Assembly (NCBI GenBank): GCA_033763315.1
Contig: JANRKS010000019.1
Coordinates: 224,001-288,000 of the forward strand
Length of the DNA stretch: 64,000 nucleotides
Origin: Deltaproteobacteria bacterium
Lineage (GTDB): Bacteria > Myxococcota_A > Polyangia > Fen-1088
Direction of reading: 5' to 3'
Part shown: positions 46,526-54,830 of the stretch, one piece after another
Numbering within the stretch: the first letter of the stretch is position 1
Layout: every line of letters starts with the position of its first letter
Notes under the pieces: model-generated
The model's input: only the letters and a program-made list of their open reading frames with translations
What the model was told of the DNA's origin: nothing
Database searches by the model: none
Translations under genes and position numbers: made by a program

Positions 46526-48349
46526 ATGAAAATCGTCTGCGAAGCCTGTGGCGCGAAGTACTCGATTTCGGACGATAAGGTCCGCGGAAAAGTCTTCAAG
46601 ATTCGATGTAAGAAATGCAGCCACATCATTGTCGTGCGCGGCAACGAAGATGGCGTGCCCATGGAGGCAGAGCCGTCCGCGTCTGCTGACCTGCGCGCTC
46701 AACATTCGGCTGAGGCGCCCGCCGCCGAGGCGGAGGCGGTTTGGTACGTCGTCGTTGAGGGCGAACAGGTGGGCCCCCTGACCGAGGCCGACGTAGCCGC
46801 CCGTGTGAGCCGGGGCGAAATCACGGGCGAGACCTTCGCTTGGCGAGAGGGCATGGCCGACTGGATTCAGGTTTCGGCGATAGCAGAATTCGCGAACTCC
46901 TTGGCGGCGGCCCCCCCTTCAGGTGGCGGCGACGACGCGGACAGTCCGTTTGCACCTCAGCCCACGGCCGTTTACCCGCCAGGCACCGCCGAGAGCATCT
47001 TCGGCGATCCCGCCGACGTGACGCCGGCGCCCCAGGCACAGCGCCCCTCGGGTGGTCGTTCAGAAGCAACAGAAGTGTTTGGCGCACCCACCGCGATCGG
47101 GAAACCTCCCGCGGGCCAAGATTTGTTCGCACCGCAAGCCATGGACGCCTTCTCGGCGCCCGCGCCCACGGCGGTCAGTCCGGTCAGCCACCACATGGCT
47201 CCTGTGGCCGCGCCTGTCTCGTCGGGGGGAGGCTTCTTCCCGGTGTCCGCGCCTTCGCCCGCCTCTGCAGGTGCCGGTGCGGGCCTGACGGGTCAGCGCT
47301 CCGAAAACTCGGTGCTGTTCTCCCTCTCCAACCTCGAATCGTTGGCTGGGTCAGGTTCGCCTTCGATCAGCAGCGCTCCGTTGTCCTCGGGCCGGGGGCT
47401 TTCCGCAGCGCCTGCACCAGTCACCGAAGGCTCGGGCCTCATCGACATCCGCTCGATGGCGGCGATGACGCTCGGCAAGCAAACCGAACAGCCTTCCATG
47501 TTTGGTGGGATGCCTATGTCGGCGCCCGAGCTGCCAACGTTCTCCGCGGCTCCGATCGCCCCCTTGGCGCCCATGATGCTGCCCACCCGGCAAAGCAGCG
47601 GCGTGCCGCCGTATGTGTGGGCGCTCGTGGTGCTCGTGGTGGTCGCGCTGGCTGGCCTGTCTTACATGATCTTGCGGCCAACCCCGCTGCCACCCGCACC
47701 GGTGGTGGTGGCAGCGCCGCCGGCACCTGTGCCCGCGGCCCCCGCGGAGCCGCCACCCACGCCTCAGGCCGCCCCCGCAGCCGCTGCGCCCGTCAAAGAG
47801 GAAGCTTTGCCTCCTCGCGAAGAGGCCGTGGTGCATGAAAAGGCCACCTCCAAAAAGCCTTCCAGCGGCTCGACGGGCTCGAAGAAGCCCGCCACGACGG
47901 CCAAGGCCGATCCAGAGCCCACAAAGGCTGAACCGGCTCCCAAAGCCGAACCAAAAGTGGAGGCCCCTGCACCGGCGAAGAAAGGCTCGCTGGACGATCT
48001 GTTGGCGGGCGCCATTGGCGGTGCGCCGAAAAAGGCGCCAGCACCGGCCGCCAGTCCAACACCCGCCGCGGAGCCTGCCAAGAAGGCCGGCCCCTTGGGC
48101 AAGTCAGACATCGTGAAGGGCATGATGGGCGTCATGCCGAAGACGAAGGCCTGCTACGACCAATACAAAGTGCCAGGCACGGCCAACGTGAACATCAAAG
48201 TGGACCCCAGCGGTCGTGTCGACAGCGCCGACGTCACGGGCAAGTTTGCCGGCACGCCCACGGGCGAGTGCGTGGAGAAGGCAGTGAAGACGGCGCGGTT
48301 CCCAGCGTCTGATGGCCTGACCTTCCCGTACCCGATTCCGCTCCGCTAA
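46526..48349 (+). CDS. gltJ: GltJ/AgmX-family adventurous gliding motility protein (zinc ribbon, GYF_2, TM, TonB-C-like domain)
   Basis: MKIVCEACGAKY..IRCKKC zinc ribbon, WYVVVEGEQVGP..WREGMADW GYF_2, ENSVLFSL, one TM, Pro-rich linker, ACYDQY..GECV C-terminal domain. Ortholog versus paralog not resolved. Confidence 0.75.
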   Translation: MKIVCEACGAKYSISDDKVRGKVFKIRCKKCSHIIVVRGNEDGVPMEAEPSASADLRAQHSAEAPAAEAEAVWYVVVEGEQVGPLTEADVAARVSRGEITGETFAWREGMADWIQVSAIAEFANSLAAAPPSGGGDDADSPFAPQPTAVYPPGTAESIFGDPADVTPAPQAQRPSGGRSEATEVFGAPTAIGKPPAGQDLFAPQAMDAFSAPAPTAVSPVSHHMAPVAAPVSSGGGFFPVSAPSPASAGAGAGLTGQRSENSVLFSLSNLESLAGSGSPSISSAPLSSGRGLSAAPAPVTEGSGLIDIRSMAAMTLGKQTEQPSMFGGMPMSAPELPTFSAAPIAPLAPMMLPTRQSSGVPPYVWALVVLVVVALAGLSYMILRPTPLPPAPVVVAAPPAPVPAAPAEPPPTPQAAPAAAAPVKEEALPPREEAVVHEKATSKKPSSGSTGSKKPATTAKADPEPTKAEPAPKAEPKVEAPAPAKKGSLDDLLAGAIGGAPKKAPAPAASPTPAAEPAKKAGPLGKSDIVKGMMGVMPKTKACYDQYKVPGTANVNIKVDPSGRVDSADVTGKFAGTPTGECVEKAVKTARFPASDGLTFPYPIPLR

Positions 48350-48366
48350 CGAAGCCGAGTTCACAC

Positions 48367-48394
48367 AAACAGCGCCTCGCAAGGGGCGCTGTTT
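48367..48394. terminator. bidirectional intrinsic terminator
   Basis: AAACAGCGCC-TCGCAAGG-GGCGCTGTTT between convergent genes. Confidence 0.75.
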
Positions 48395-48412
48395 GCGTTT
48401 TGCAACCCTGTC

Positions 48413-49069
48413 TCAAATCTTGCGGCGCCGCAGCACCATCGCGGCCGCCGTTGCCAAGGCCGTGGCCGCGAGAGCCAGCCAAGGCCAGCGGGACGGGCGG
48501 CTTTGGCTGGCTTCCAGCTCGAATGAAACCACAAAATCGGGCGGCGCCGGGCCTGTGAGTTTTACGCTGCGTTGCTGGCTGTTGCCGCTTGCGAGGCGCC
48601 AGCCGGGGCCCAGGATCACGGTCACTTCAGTTTCACCCTGGGGCGGTGGGTGGGCCCGTGGAAAGAGTCTGAAGTGGTGACGCGCGCCCTGAGTGAGCGG
48701 CAGCTTCATGGTGGCCTCCGCCACCACGGCACCGCCAGCGACGCTGGTGCTTGGCCCCACATCTAGTGAAGCGATCGGCGCGAACGGCACGTCCTTGCCA
48801 TCGACTTGCAGTTTCAGCCAGCGAGTGGCCTCCGCCTGATAGCGGGCACGCGCACGCTCTTGCTCGGCGGCATCGATGACGCCGTCGTGATTCAAATCGG
48901 CCTGCGCCCGAACCGCTGACCCCGGCTGGGCGCCAAAAAGCAGTGCGACGGACACAAAGGCGGTCGCATCTTGCGTTGCCAAAGTGACGTACCGGTTCAC
49001 AAGCGCCGGGGCCGTCTCGGGATGCGCGTGCACGATAGACGGCAATGCGGCCGACACCACGAATGTCAC
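48413..49069 (-). CDS. secreted protein with EF-hand-like loop and C-terminal membrane anchor (DUF1007-like)
   Basis: VHA-HP signal cleavage, ADLNHDGVIDAAE, C-terminal TM followed by RRRK. Start uncertain. Confidence 0.55.
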   Translation of the reverse strand: MTFVVSAALPSIVHAHPETAPALVNRYVTLATQDATAFVSVALLFGAQPGSAVRAQADLNHDGVIDAAEQERARARYQAEATRWLKLQVDGKDVPFAPIASLDVGPSTSVAGGAVVAEATMKLPLTQGARHHFRLFPRAHPPPQGETEVTVILGPGWRLASGNSQQRSVKLTGPAPPDFVVSFELEASQSRPSRWPWLALAATALATAAAMVLRRRKI

Positions 49070-49120
49070 GAGTGGGATGAACTTGACCCTGTGCGCCGGT
49101 GACTCTACGCTGGCAACACA

Positions 49121-49336
49121 ATGGCCACCCGCATCGACGCGCACATCGCTGGAACGGTCTGGAAGATCGAAGTGAAAGTGGGGGACTCCGTGACGGCGGG
49201 GCAAGTGGTGGTCATCCTTGAATCGATGAAGATGGAGATGCCGGTGGAGGCCGCCGGCCCAGGAACCGTCTCGGCCATCTTGGTCCAAGAAGGCCAAGCG
49301 GTTGAGGAAGGCCAAGCTGTGGTCGAGCTCAGCTGA
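49121..49336 (+). CDS. stand-alone biotin carrier protein
   Basis: AHIAGTVWKI...LESMKMEMPV. Promoter TTGACC-N17-TACGCT at 49083-49111. Confidence 0.92.
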   Translation: MATRIDAHIAGTVWKIEVKVGDSVTAGQVVVILESMKMEMPVEAAGPGTVSAILVQEGQAVEEGQAVVELS

Positions 49337-49344
49337 GGCTGGGG

Positions 49345-49926
49345 TCATTCGGAAGGGCGTGGAAAGTCCTTCCGCACCGGTAGGCGGGGCAGGCCATCAT
49401 CGCCCCGCACTGGCTGGTTCGGGTCGTCCTCGGGTTCACGCTTGCTGGGAGCCTTGTCGGCCTCGTCCTTGTCCTTCGGGCGCTTGGCCTCGGCCGGCGG
49501 CTCCTTTTTTGTCCTCGAAGGTGGTGGGGCGGGGGCACCCAGGTCGTCCTTCGCTTTGCTCCCTAGCTTCTCGAGCAACAGGCTTTCCACATGCCGGGGC
49601 TTGTCGGGGATGTTCAGAACCACCCGTGTGGCTGCACGGCCGCTGCTTTCGTTGACAGCCACGAGTTCCAAGGAGGCTTTGTGCACCTTGGCTGCCTCTT
49701 CGACGTAGTCAAACAAGATGTAGCCCGCGTCCTTGTCCTTCTCGAGGATGGGAAAGCGCTTGTCGACGCGCAGGAACCGAACCGCCGAAGACCAGATCTG
49801 GTCGACCGGGTAGGGCAGATCCAGCGTGGAACGCGCGTGCGCCACGGTGGGCGAGAGTGCGCCCATTGCCGTCGCAAAAAAACACACGAAAACAGACGCT
49901 TGGAATATTTTGTTAAAGCTCTTCAT
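49345..49926 (-). CDS. hypothetical secreted protein
   Basis: Signal peptide (AHA-R), YPVDQIWSSAVRFLRVD..EKDKDAGYILFDY, acidic/Pro tail. ATGA overlap with the upstream gene. Confidence 0.75.
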   Translation of the reverse strand: MKSFNKIFQASVFVCFFATAMGALSPTVAHARSTLDLPYPVDQIWSSAVRFLRVDKRFPILEKDKDAGYILFDYVEEAAKVHKASLELVAVNESSGRAATRVVLNIPDKPRHVESLLLEKLGSKAKDDLGAPAPPPSRTKKEPPAEAKRPKDKDEADKAPSKREPEDDPNQPVRGDDGLPRLPVRKDFPRPSE

Positions 49927-51032
49927 GATGTTTGGGCCTCGGCCTCAGAGGCCTCAGCTGCGTGCTTGGACTCCTCCACCATCTGGCGCAGCGTCGTCCG
50001 TCCAGCGCCAGCGAACCGCAGGCTGAAGACCCCCGTGCTGAGGTACCAAACCACCTGCAGCCCATGCACCACAATGGCATAGGCACCGCCGGCCGCGCTC
50101 ACCAGGTCTGGGTTCAAGAAGGCCGCCAGCACCGCGATGATGCCCACCTGAAATTGACCGACCAGGCCAGGGGCGTTGGGCAACGAAATGACCACGCCCG
50201 TGAAAGCCATCATTGCGTACGCTGCGGCGAACGATACTGGCAAGCCCATGCCGCGCGCCAGGAGCCACATGCCCAGCCCGTTGAGCCCCCAGTAGGCGAA
50301 CGATTGCAGCAGGAACGGCACCAAATGTTTTGGTTGTGACAGAGCCTTGAAGCCTTGGATCAACGCCCCCAATTTGTCGCTGATCTTGTGGGCCAGCCTG
50401 GGCGCGAGCTTTGGCAGCAGAGACAGACGCAGGGACCACCCGATCGTGAGCGCGGGCCATCGCAAGGCAAAGCCCAAGAACAAGGTGGCCGCGAGGAAGA
50501 TCGCCAGCGACAACCAGGCGAAGTAGCTGAGCGGCGCGCCGCCCAACACGGCCAGCGGCCGCGCAAACTGGTCGCGTGACATGACGTAGGTGCCGAACAG
50601 GATGAGCGATACGATGAGACCATCGACCACCCGTTCGACCGCCACCGTGCCCAAGGCCGCGCTCATGCGACAACGCCCCTCGCGGACCAGGTAGTAGGGA
50701 CGCACGAATTCGCCGAGACGAAACGGCAGGGCCATAATCGCCATGAATCCGACGGACGAGATCGGCAGCAACCGACGCAGGGGCAGTGACACGCCGAGCG
50801 GTCGCAAGAGGTATTCCCAGCGCGCCGCCCGGAAGAAGTGGGTGGGCGCCAAGGTCACGATGTAAAGCAGCAGCGGCAGAGCCGGCAGGTCGGCCAAATG
50901 GGCCCAAACGGACCGCCACTCCATGTTCTTGACGACGAGCCAGGTGCACAGACCTCCGACGAACAAGGAGGTGAAGATCTTCAGAAAGGCTTTCAATCTA
51001 GGTCCCAGGTAAGCGGAAGGGGCGAGTCTCAA
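49923..51032 (-). CDS. lysylphosphatidylglycerol synthase TM-region / flippase-like membrane protein
   Basis: RAARWEYLL, LPFRLGEFVR, VERVVDG and PNAPGLVG; multiple TMs. Confidence 0.88.
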   Translation of the reverse strand: MRLAPSAYLGPRLKAFLKIFTSLFVGGLCTWLVVKNMEWRSVWAHLADLPALPLLLYIVTLAPTHFFRAARWEYLLRPLGVSLPLRRLLPISSVGFMAIMALPFRLGEFVRPYYLVREGRCRMSAALGTVAVERVVDGLIVSLILFGTYVMSRDQFARPLAVLGGAPLSYFAWLSLAIFLAATLFLGFALRWPALTIGWSLRLSLLPKLAPRLAHKISDKLGALIQGFKALSQPKHLVPFLLQSFAYWGLNGLGMWLLARGMGLPVSFAAAYAMMAFTGVVISLPNAPGLVGQFQVGIIAVLAAFLNPDLVSAAGGAYAIVVHGLQVVWYLSTGVFSLRFAGAGRTTLRQMVEESKHAAEASEAEAQTS

Positions 51033-51038
51033 CCCATA

Positions 51039-51785
51039 TTAAGGCAGGTCGCCCGCGAGAATACGGCGTGGGCTTTCGCCCAGCAATCGTTCGCAGGCCG
51101 CGTCTCCCATTCGTTTACGAATCCATTCAAGGCCAGCGGCCGCCTGCTTGGCGCCTTTGAGGGTGTGCATGTCCGTGGCCGCCGCGTGGGCCAAACCTTC
51201 CTCGACCAAACGACGCGCCACCCGCTTTTCCGTCCAGCCATGGCTGCCGTCCAGCGCGGCCAAATCAACCAGAAGCGCGGCACTGCGACCGAGTTTTTCG
51301 GCGAGTGTGAGATCGGCGCGGATCGCACGGTACCGCTCGGGATGGGCCATCACGGGCAAATAGCCGGCCACCCGGATCTGAAACAGGACGTCTTCAATGC
51401 GCGGGGGCATCAAGCTGGGCTCCACCTCGAACAAGAAGGCCTTGTTGCCGGGGTAGCTGGGCACCGTGCGATCGGCCAGGCGATCGTGAAAAACTCCATC
51501 CCAGAAATTCTCGGCGGCCACATCCAGCCGAAGTCCACCCCCGGTTTGCGCCAGCGCCTCCTTCAGGGCCGTGGCCGCGGCCGCAATCTGTTCAGCGCTG
51601 GGCATGTACATACCGGCGCGTTGGTGCGGGGTGGCCACCAAATGCGAGAAGCCCATATCAACCGCCGCGGCGGTCATCTTCAAGGAAGTCTCGATGTCCG
51701 GAGACCCATCGTCGATGGCGGGTAGGTAATGGGCGTGTAGATCCACAAAATTGGGCAAGGGCGTTTGGCTCTCCGACAGCGTCAC
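51039..51785 (-). CDS. CpsB/CapC-type PHP tyrosine-protein phosphatase
   Basis: DLHAHYLPAIDDGS, ATPH, AHPERY and ATDMH. Start is GTG 51785 or TTG 51758. Confidence 0.9.
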   Translation of the reverse strand: MTLSESQTPLPNFVDLHAHYLPAIDDGSPDIETSLKMTAAAVDMGFSHLVATPHQRAGMYMPSAEQIAAAATALKEALAQTGGGLRLDVAAENFWDGVFHDRLADRTVPSYPGNKAFLFEVEPSLMPPRIEDVLFQIRVAGYLPVMAHPERYRAIRADLTLAEKLGRSAALLVDLAALDGSHGWTEKRVARRLVEEGLAHAAATDMHTLKGAKQAAAGLEWIRKRMGDAACERLLGESPRRILAGDLP

Positions 51786-51961
51786 ACCATACCGCGCCCC
51801 GTTGGCAAACGGCACATTTGCGTGAGGGCCGGGAACGTTGCAGGACCGGCGTGGGGTGCCCGCCCCCCAGTCGCCTCGATGGAGGGGTCGAAGTGGCAAG
51901 TAAAATTGGGGGTGCGCGGTCTGCGCGAGCTGGCCCGCGATGTGCATAAGGAGGCTGTGCC

Positions 51962-52450
51962 ATGAGCCACACCGCAGACGCACATTCCAAGTACGCACTT
52001 CCAAAATTCAAATCAGCCGCCTCCAGCCAAAAGCGTAACCAGAAGCTTGCGCTCGCTGGTGCTGGATTGGTGGTTGTCTGGATGATGGCGTTGGGTGCGG
52101 TTGCCTACAAGCGGCACGCGGACGCCGAGGCGGCGACCCAAGCGGCTCTGCAGGTGCGCGCTGCCCAGGAAGCCATCGCATTGGCCGCGCAACACAGTGT
52201 GGCAGCGCCTGCTTCCGCTCCTGTGGCCGCACCCGCGGTGGCACCCAGCGCCCCGGTGGCGGTCGCAGCGGCCGCCCCAACAAAGCCGGCTAGCACCAGC
52301 CACCACAGGTCACACTCCTCTCCGCGCAGCAAGACGCGCACACTGGCGGCGCGTTCCACCAGTTCGAGCAAAGCCGTTGCCACCGCGTCGCCTTCGGCAA
52401 AGCGCATGAAGGACGACCAGCTGGACGCGCTATTGAAGCAGTTTAAGTAG
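51962..52450 (+). CDS. hypothetical single-TM protein with low-complexity linker
   Basis: Strong SD AAGGAGG, TM LALAGAGLVVVWMMALGAVAY, Ala/Pro/Ser linker, C-terminal DDQLDALLKQFK. Confidence 0.75.
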   Translation: MSHTADAHSKYALPKFKSAASSQKRNQKLALAGAGLVVVWMMALGAVAYKRHADAEAATQAALQVRAAQEAIALAAQHSVAAPASAPVAAPAVAPSAPVAVAAAAPTKPASTSHHRSHSSPRSKTRTLAARSTSSSKAVATASPSAKRMKDDQLDALLKQFK

Positions 52451-52758
52451 TTGCCGTGGGGTGCCGGCCCCCCAGGGTGGGGAGTCTGGGCAGCAGTCAC
52501 TCCACAGCAACTTTGTTGCGCGGCTCGGGGTGATAGGCTCCCGTGGGCGGAGGCAGGACGCCCGCGTTTCCCAGTCGTTGCGCTGGGTTGGAACGCATGC
52601 AGCGATCAAAATTGTAGAGAAGTTCTTGTTCGAAGTGCCGCAACGCTGCTATTCTTGACCTGGCAACTTGGCGCGCCGGAAGCAACGCGCCTTAGGTGAG
52701 GTGAGCGCAGCTCGCGCCCAGCCGGCCAGTCTTACGTCCGTTAGAGGAGACATTTTCG

Positions 52759-53499
52759 ATGCCCCAGCAGGAAAAGCACGCCGAAAACTCAGTTCTCTTT
52801 TCGCTGCAGGAACTGCAGAAGATGGAGGAGCAGCGCGTGGCCCAAGAGAAGGCCAGCGCACGCGCCAAAGAAGAGGCTGAACGGCGAGCGAAGGAGGACG
52901 CGGAACGCCGTGCCCGCGAGGCTGAAGAAGCGAAGATCCGGGCAGCCGAAGAAGGTCGACGCCGCGAAGAGGAAATGCGTCTGGCGGCGGAACGCGAAGA
53001 GCGCATTCGAATTGAAGAAGCCGAGCGCCGCGCCCGCATCGAAGCTGAAACGCGTTTGCGCGAGGAGCAGATGCGGCTTGAAGCTCAAGCCAAACAACAC
53101 CGCAAATCAAATACGGGCGCGATCATCGGTGTGGCCGCGGCGTTGGTAATCGCGGGCGGTGCGGGCTTTTATTTCTATAACGCTCACGTCGAAGAGCAGC
53201 AGATGGCCATGCGCCGTCAGCAGCAAAAAGAAAAAGAAGAGGTTGAGGCGAAGCTGCGTGAGCAGGAAGCCAAGTACGCGGCGATGATCGCGGAAAAGCA
53301 AAAAGAGATCGACACCACCAAGGACGAAGTGCAACGCGAGCGGTTGCGCCAAGAGCAACGGCGTTTGCAAGAGCAGCAAAGCCAAGTGGTGTCTTCGCGT
53401 CGCAAGAATGATGCGAAGGACGAGAAACCTGCCGCAAAGTCGAACGTGTATACCGGCAAGAAGAAGGACGTTAGCGACAATCCTCTAGAAGGCTTATAA
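52759..53499 (+). CDS. bitopic coiled-coil protein with N-terminal ENSVLFSL motif
   Basis: GAGGAG SD, E/R-rich helix, TM GAIIGVAAALVIAGGAGFYFY, Q/E/K coiled coil, ends SDNPLEGL. Confidence 0.85.
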   Translation: MPQQEKHAENSVLFSLQELQKMEEQRVAQEKASARAKEEAERRAKEDAERRAREAEEAKIRAAEEGRRREEEMRLAAEREERIRIEEAERRARIEAETRLREEQMRLEAQAKQHRKSNTGAIIGVAAALVIAGGAGFYFYNAHVEEQQMAMRRQQQKEKEEVEAKLREQEAKYAAMIAEKQKEIDTTKDEVQRERLRQEQRRLQEQQSQVVSSRRKNDAKDEKPAAKSNVYTGKKKDVSDNPLEGL

Positions 53500-53563
53500 A
53501 CATCCTGCGCGGATGTTGAGCGGGGTCGTTTCTTTTGCCCCTGACATGCTGTAAAACCCCGGC

Positions 53564-54130
53564 ATGTCGACCGACGAGTTTTATCAACGCCACTGGTCCC
53601 GCTTGCTTGAGCTGATGAAACAGCTCTCGTACGAAGAGCGTGAAGTGACCTTGGCGTCGGGGCTGAAGAGCAACTTCTATATCGACTGCAAGCAAACCGT
53701 GCTCGGAGCCGAGGGCCACTTTTTGGTGGGCACTTTGATCAACCGGTTGCTGGTCGATAAATTTCCTTCCGTGGAGGCGGTGGGGGGGCTCACGATGGGT
53801 GCCGATCCGATCGCGTCGGCCGTGTCGACGATGAGTTTCATCATGGGCAACCCGCTGCGGGCGTTCTACGTGCGCAAGGAAGCCAAGGGCCACGGCACGG
53901 GCCAGTGGATTGAGGGGACCAAGGGGCTTCGCCAGGGGATGCCCGTTGCCATCGTTGAAGACGTCGTGACCACGGGCGGCTCAGCTTTGAAAGCGTTGGC
54001 GCGCGCGAAGGAATACGGCCTGGATGTGAAAGCCATCATCGGGCTTGTGGATCGCGAAGAGGGCGGCCGCGAAGTCTTGGAGAAAGAAGCACCGCTTTTC
54101 ACCTTGTTTGCCAAACGGGACTTTCGATGA
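53564..54130 (+). CDS. pyrE: orotate phosphoribosyltransferase
   Basis: LASGLKSNFYIDCK, VRKEAKGHG and VEDVVTTGGS. Confidence 0.96.
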   Translation: MSTDEFYQRHWSRLLELMKQLSYEEREVTLASGLKSNFYIDCKQTVLGAEGHFLVGTLINRLLVDKFPSVEAVGGLTMGADPIASAVSTMSFIMGNPLRAFYVRKEAKGHGTGQWIEGTKGLRQGMPVAIVEDVVTTGGSALKALARAKEYGLDVKAIIGLVDREEGGREVLEKEAPLFTLFAKRDFR

Positions 54131-54816
54131 GCAAGAACACCACTGGCGATGACGTTGCCACCACCAACCGCCGCACGTTTGTGCGCGCGGCCGCGTGGAG
54201 CGCTCTCGGGGTGGTGACGCTTGCAGGTTGCCGCACGGGGCAGCCGGTGCTTGTGGACTTCGGCGATCGCTCCCGCCACTTCCTGCCGTCTGATTACCCC
54301 GCGATTTTTAACCGTTGGACCCGCCACGCACGCTTTGTGTCGGCGAACGAGGGCACGGTGATCGAGATGTGGGGCACTCTCAAGAGCTGGGAATTCCGCG
54401 AGGCGTATGTTGAAAGATACGCCGAGACGTACGCGCTGTCGGGCGACGAGAAGTCGGCATTGATGGCCAGTGAACTTAAGAAGTCCCGCGCGGTGTACGA
54501 GTTTCACCTCACGGTGCAAACGTCTGATTATCGATCGAACGATCTTGAAAAGCGCGATTCGGCGTGGCGCCTGTCGCTCGTCGATGGCACGGGCGATGAG
54601 TTGTTTCCCTCTGAGGTCGAGTTTTTGCGGTTGCCCATTCCTTACGAAGAAACGTTTTTTCCGGAAAAGACGTCATTTTCGCGCGCTTACACCGCCACTT
54701 TTGAACACGAGAAGCCAGATCAAGGTTCCGCGTTCGGTGGCGCGGCCACGGGTGAGCTCACGCTGCGCGTGCGCGGCCCCTTGGGTGGCGTCGAGCTGAC
54801 GTGGCAATCGAAGTAG
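54127..54816 (+). CDS. hypothetical Tat-exported lipoprotein
   Basis: TNRRTFV twin-arginine motif and LAGC lipobox. ATGA overlap with pyrE. Confidence 0.7.
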   Translation: MSKNTTGDDVATTNRRTFVRAAAWSALGVVTLAGCRTGQPVLVDFGDRSRHFLPSDYPAIFNRWTRHARFVSANEGTVIEMWGTLKSWEFREAYVERYAETYALSGDEKSALMASELKKSRAVYEFHLTVQTSDYRSNDLEKRDSAWRLSLVDGTGDELFPSEVEFLRLPIPYEETFFPEKTSFSRAYTATFEHEKPDQGSAFGGAATGELTLRVRGPLGGVELTWQSK

Positions 54817-54830
54817 CGGCGCCCGACTGA

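Noticed and set aside
51931-51946. sigma54-like TGGCCCGCGATGTGCA
   Set aside because: The predicted start site would fall downstream of the strong AAGGAGG SD of the gene at 51962, which is inconsistent.
52451-52758. 308-bp intergenic region as a possible ncRNA
   Set aside because: I could not recognise any known RNA family or a convincing extended structure.
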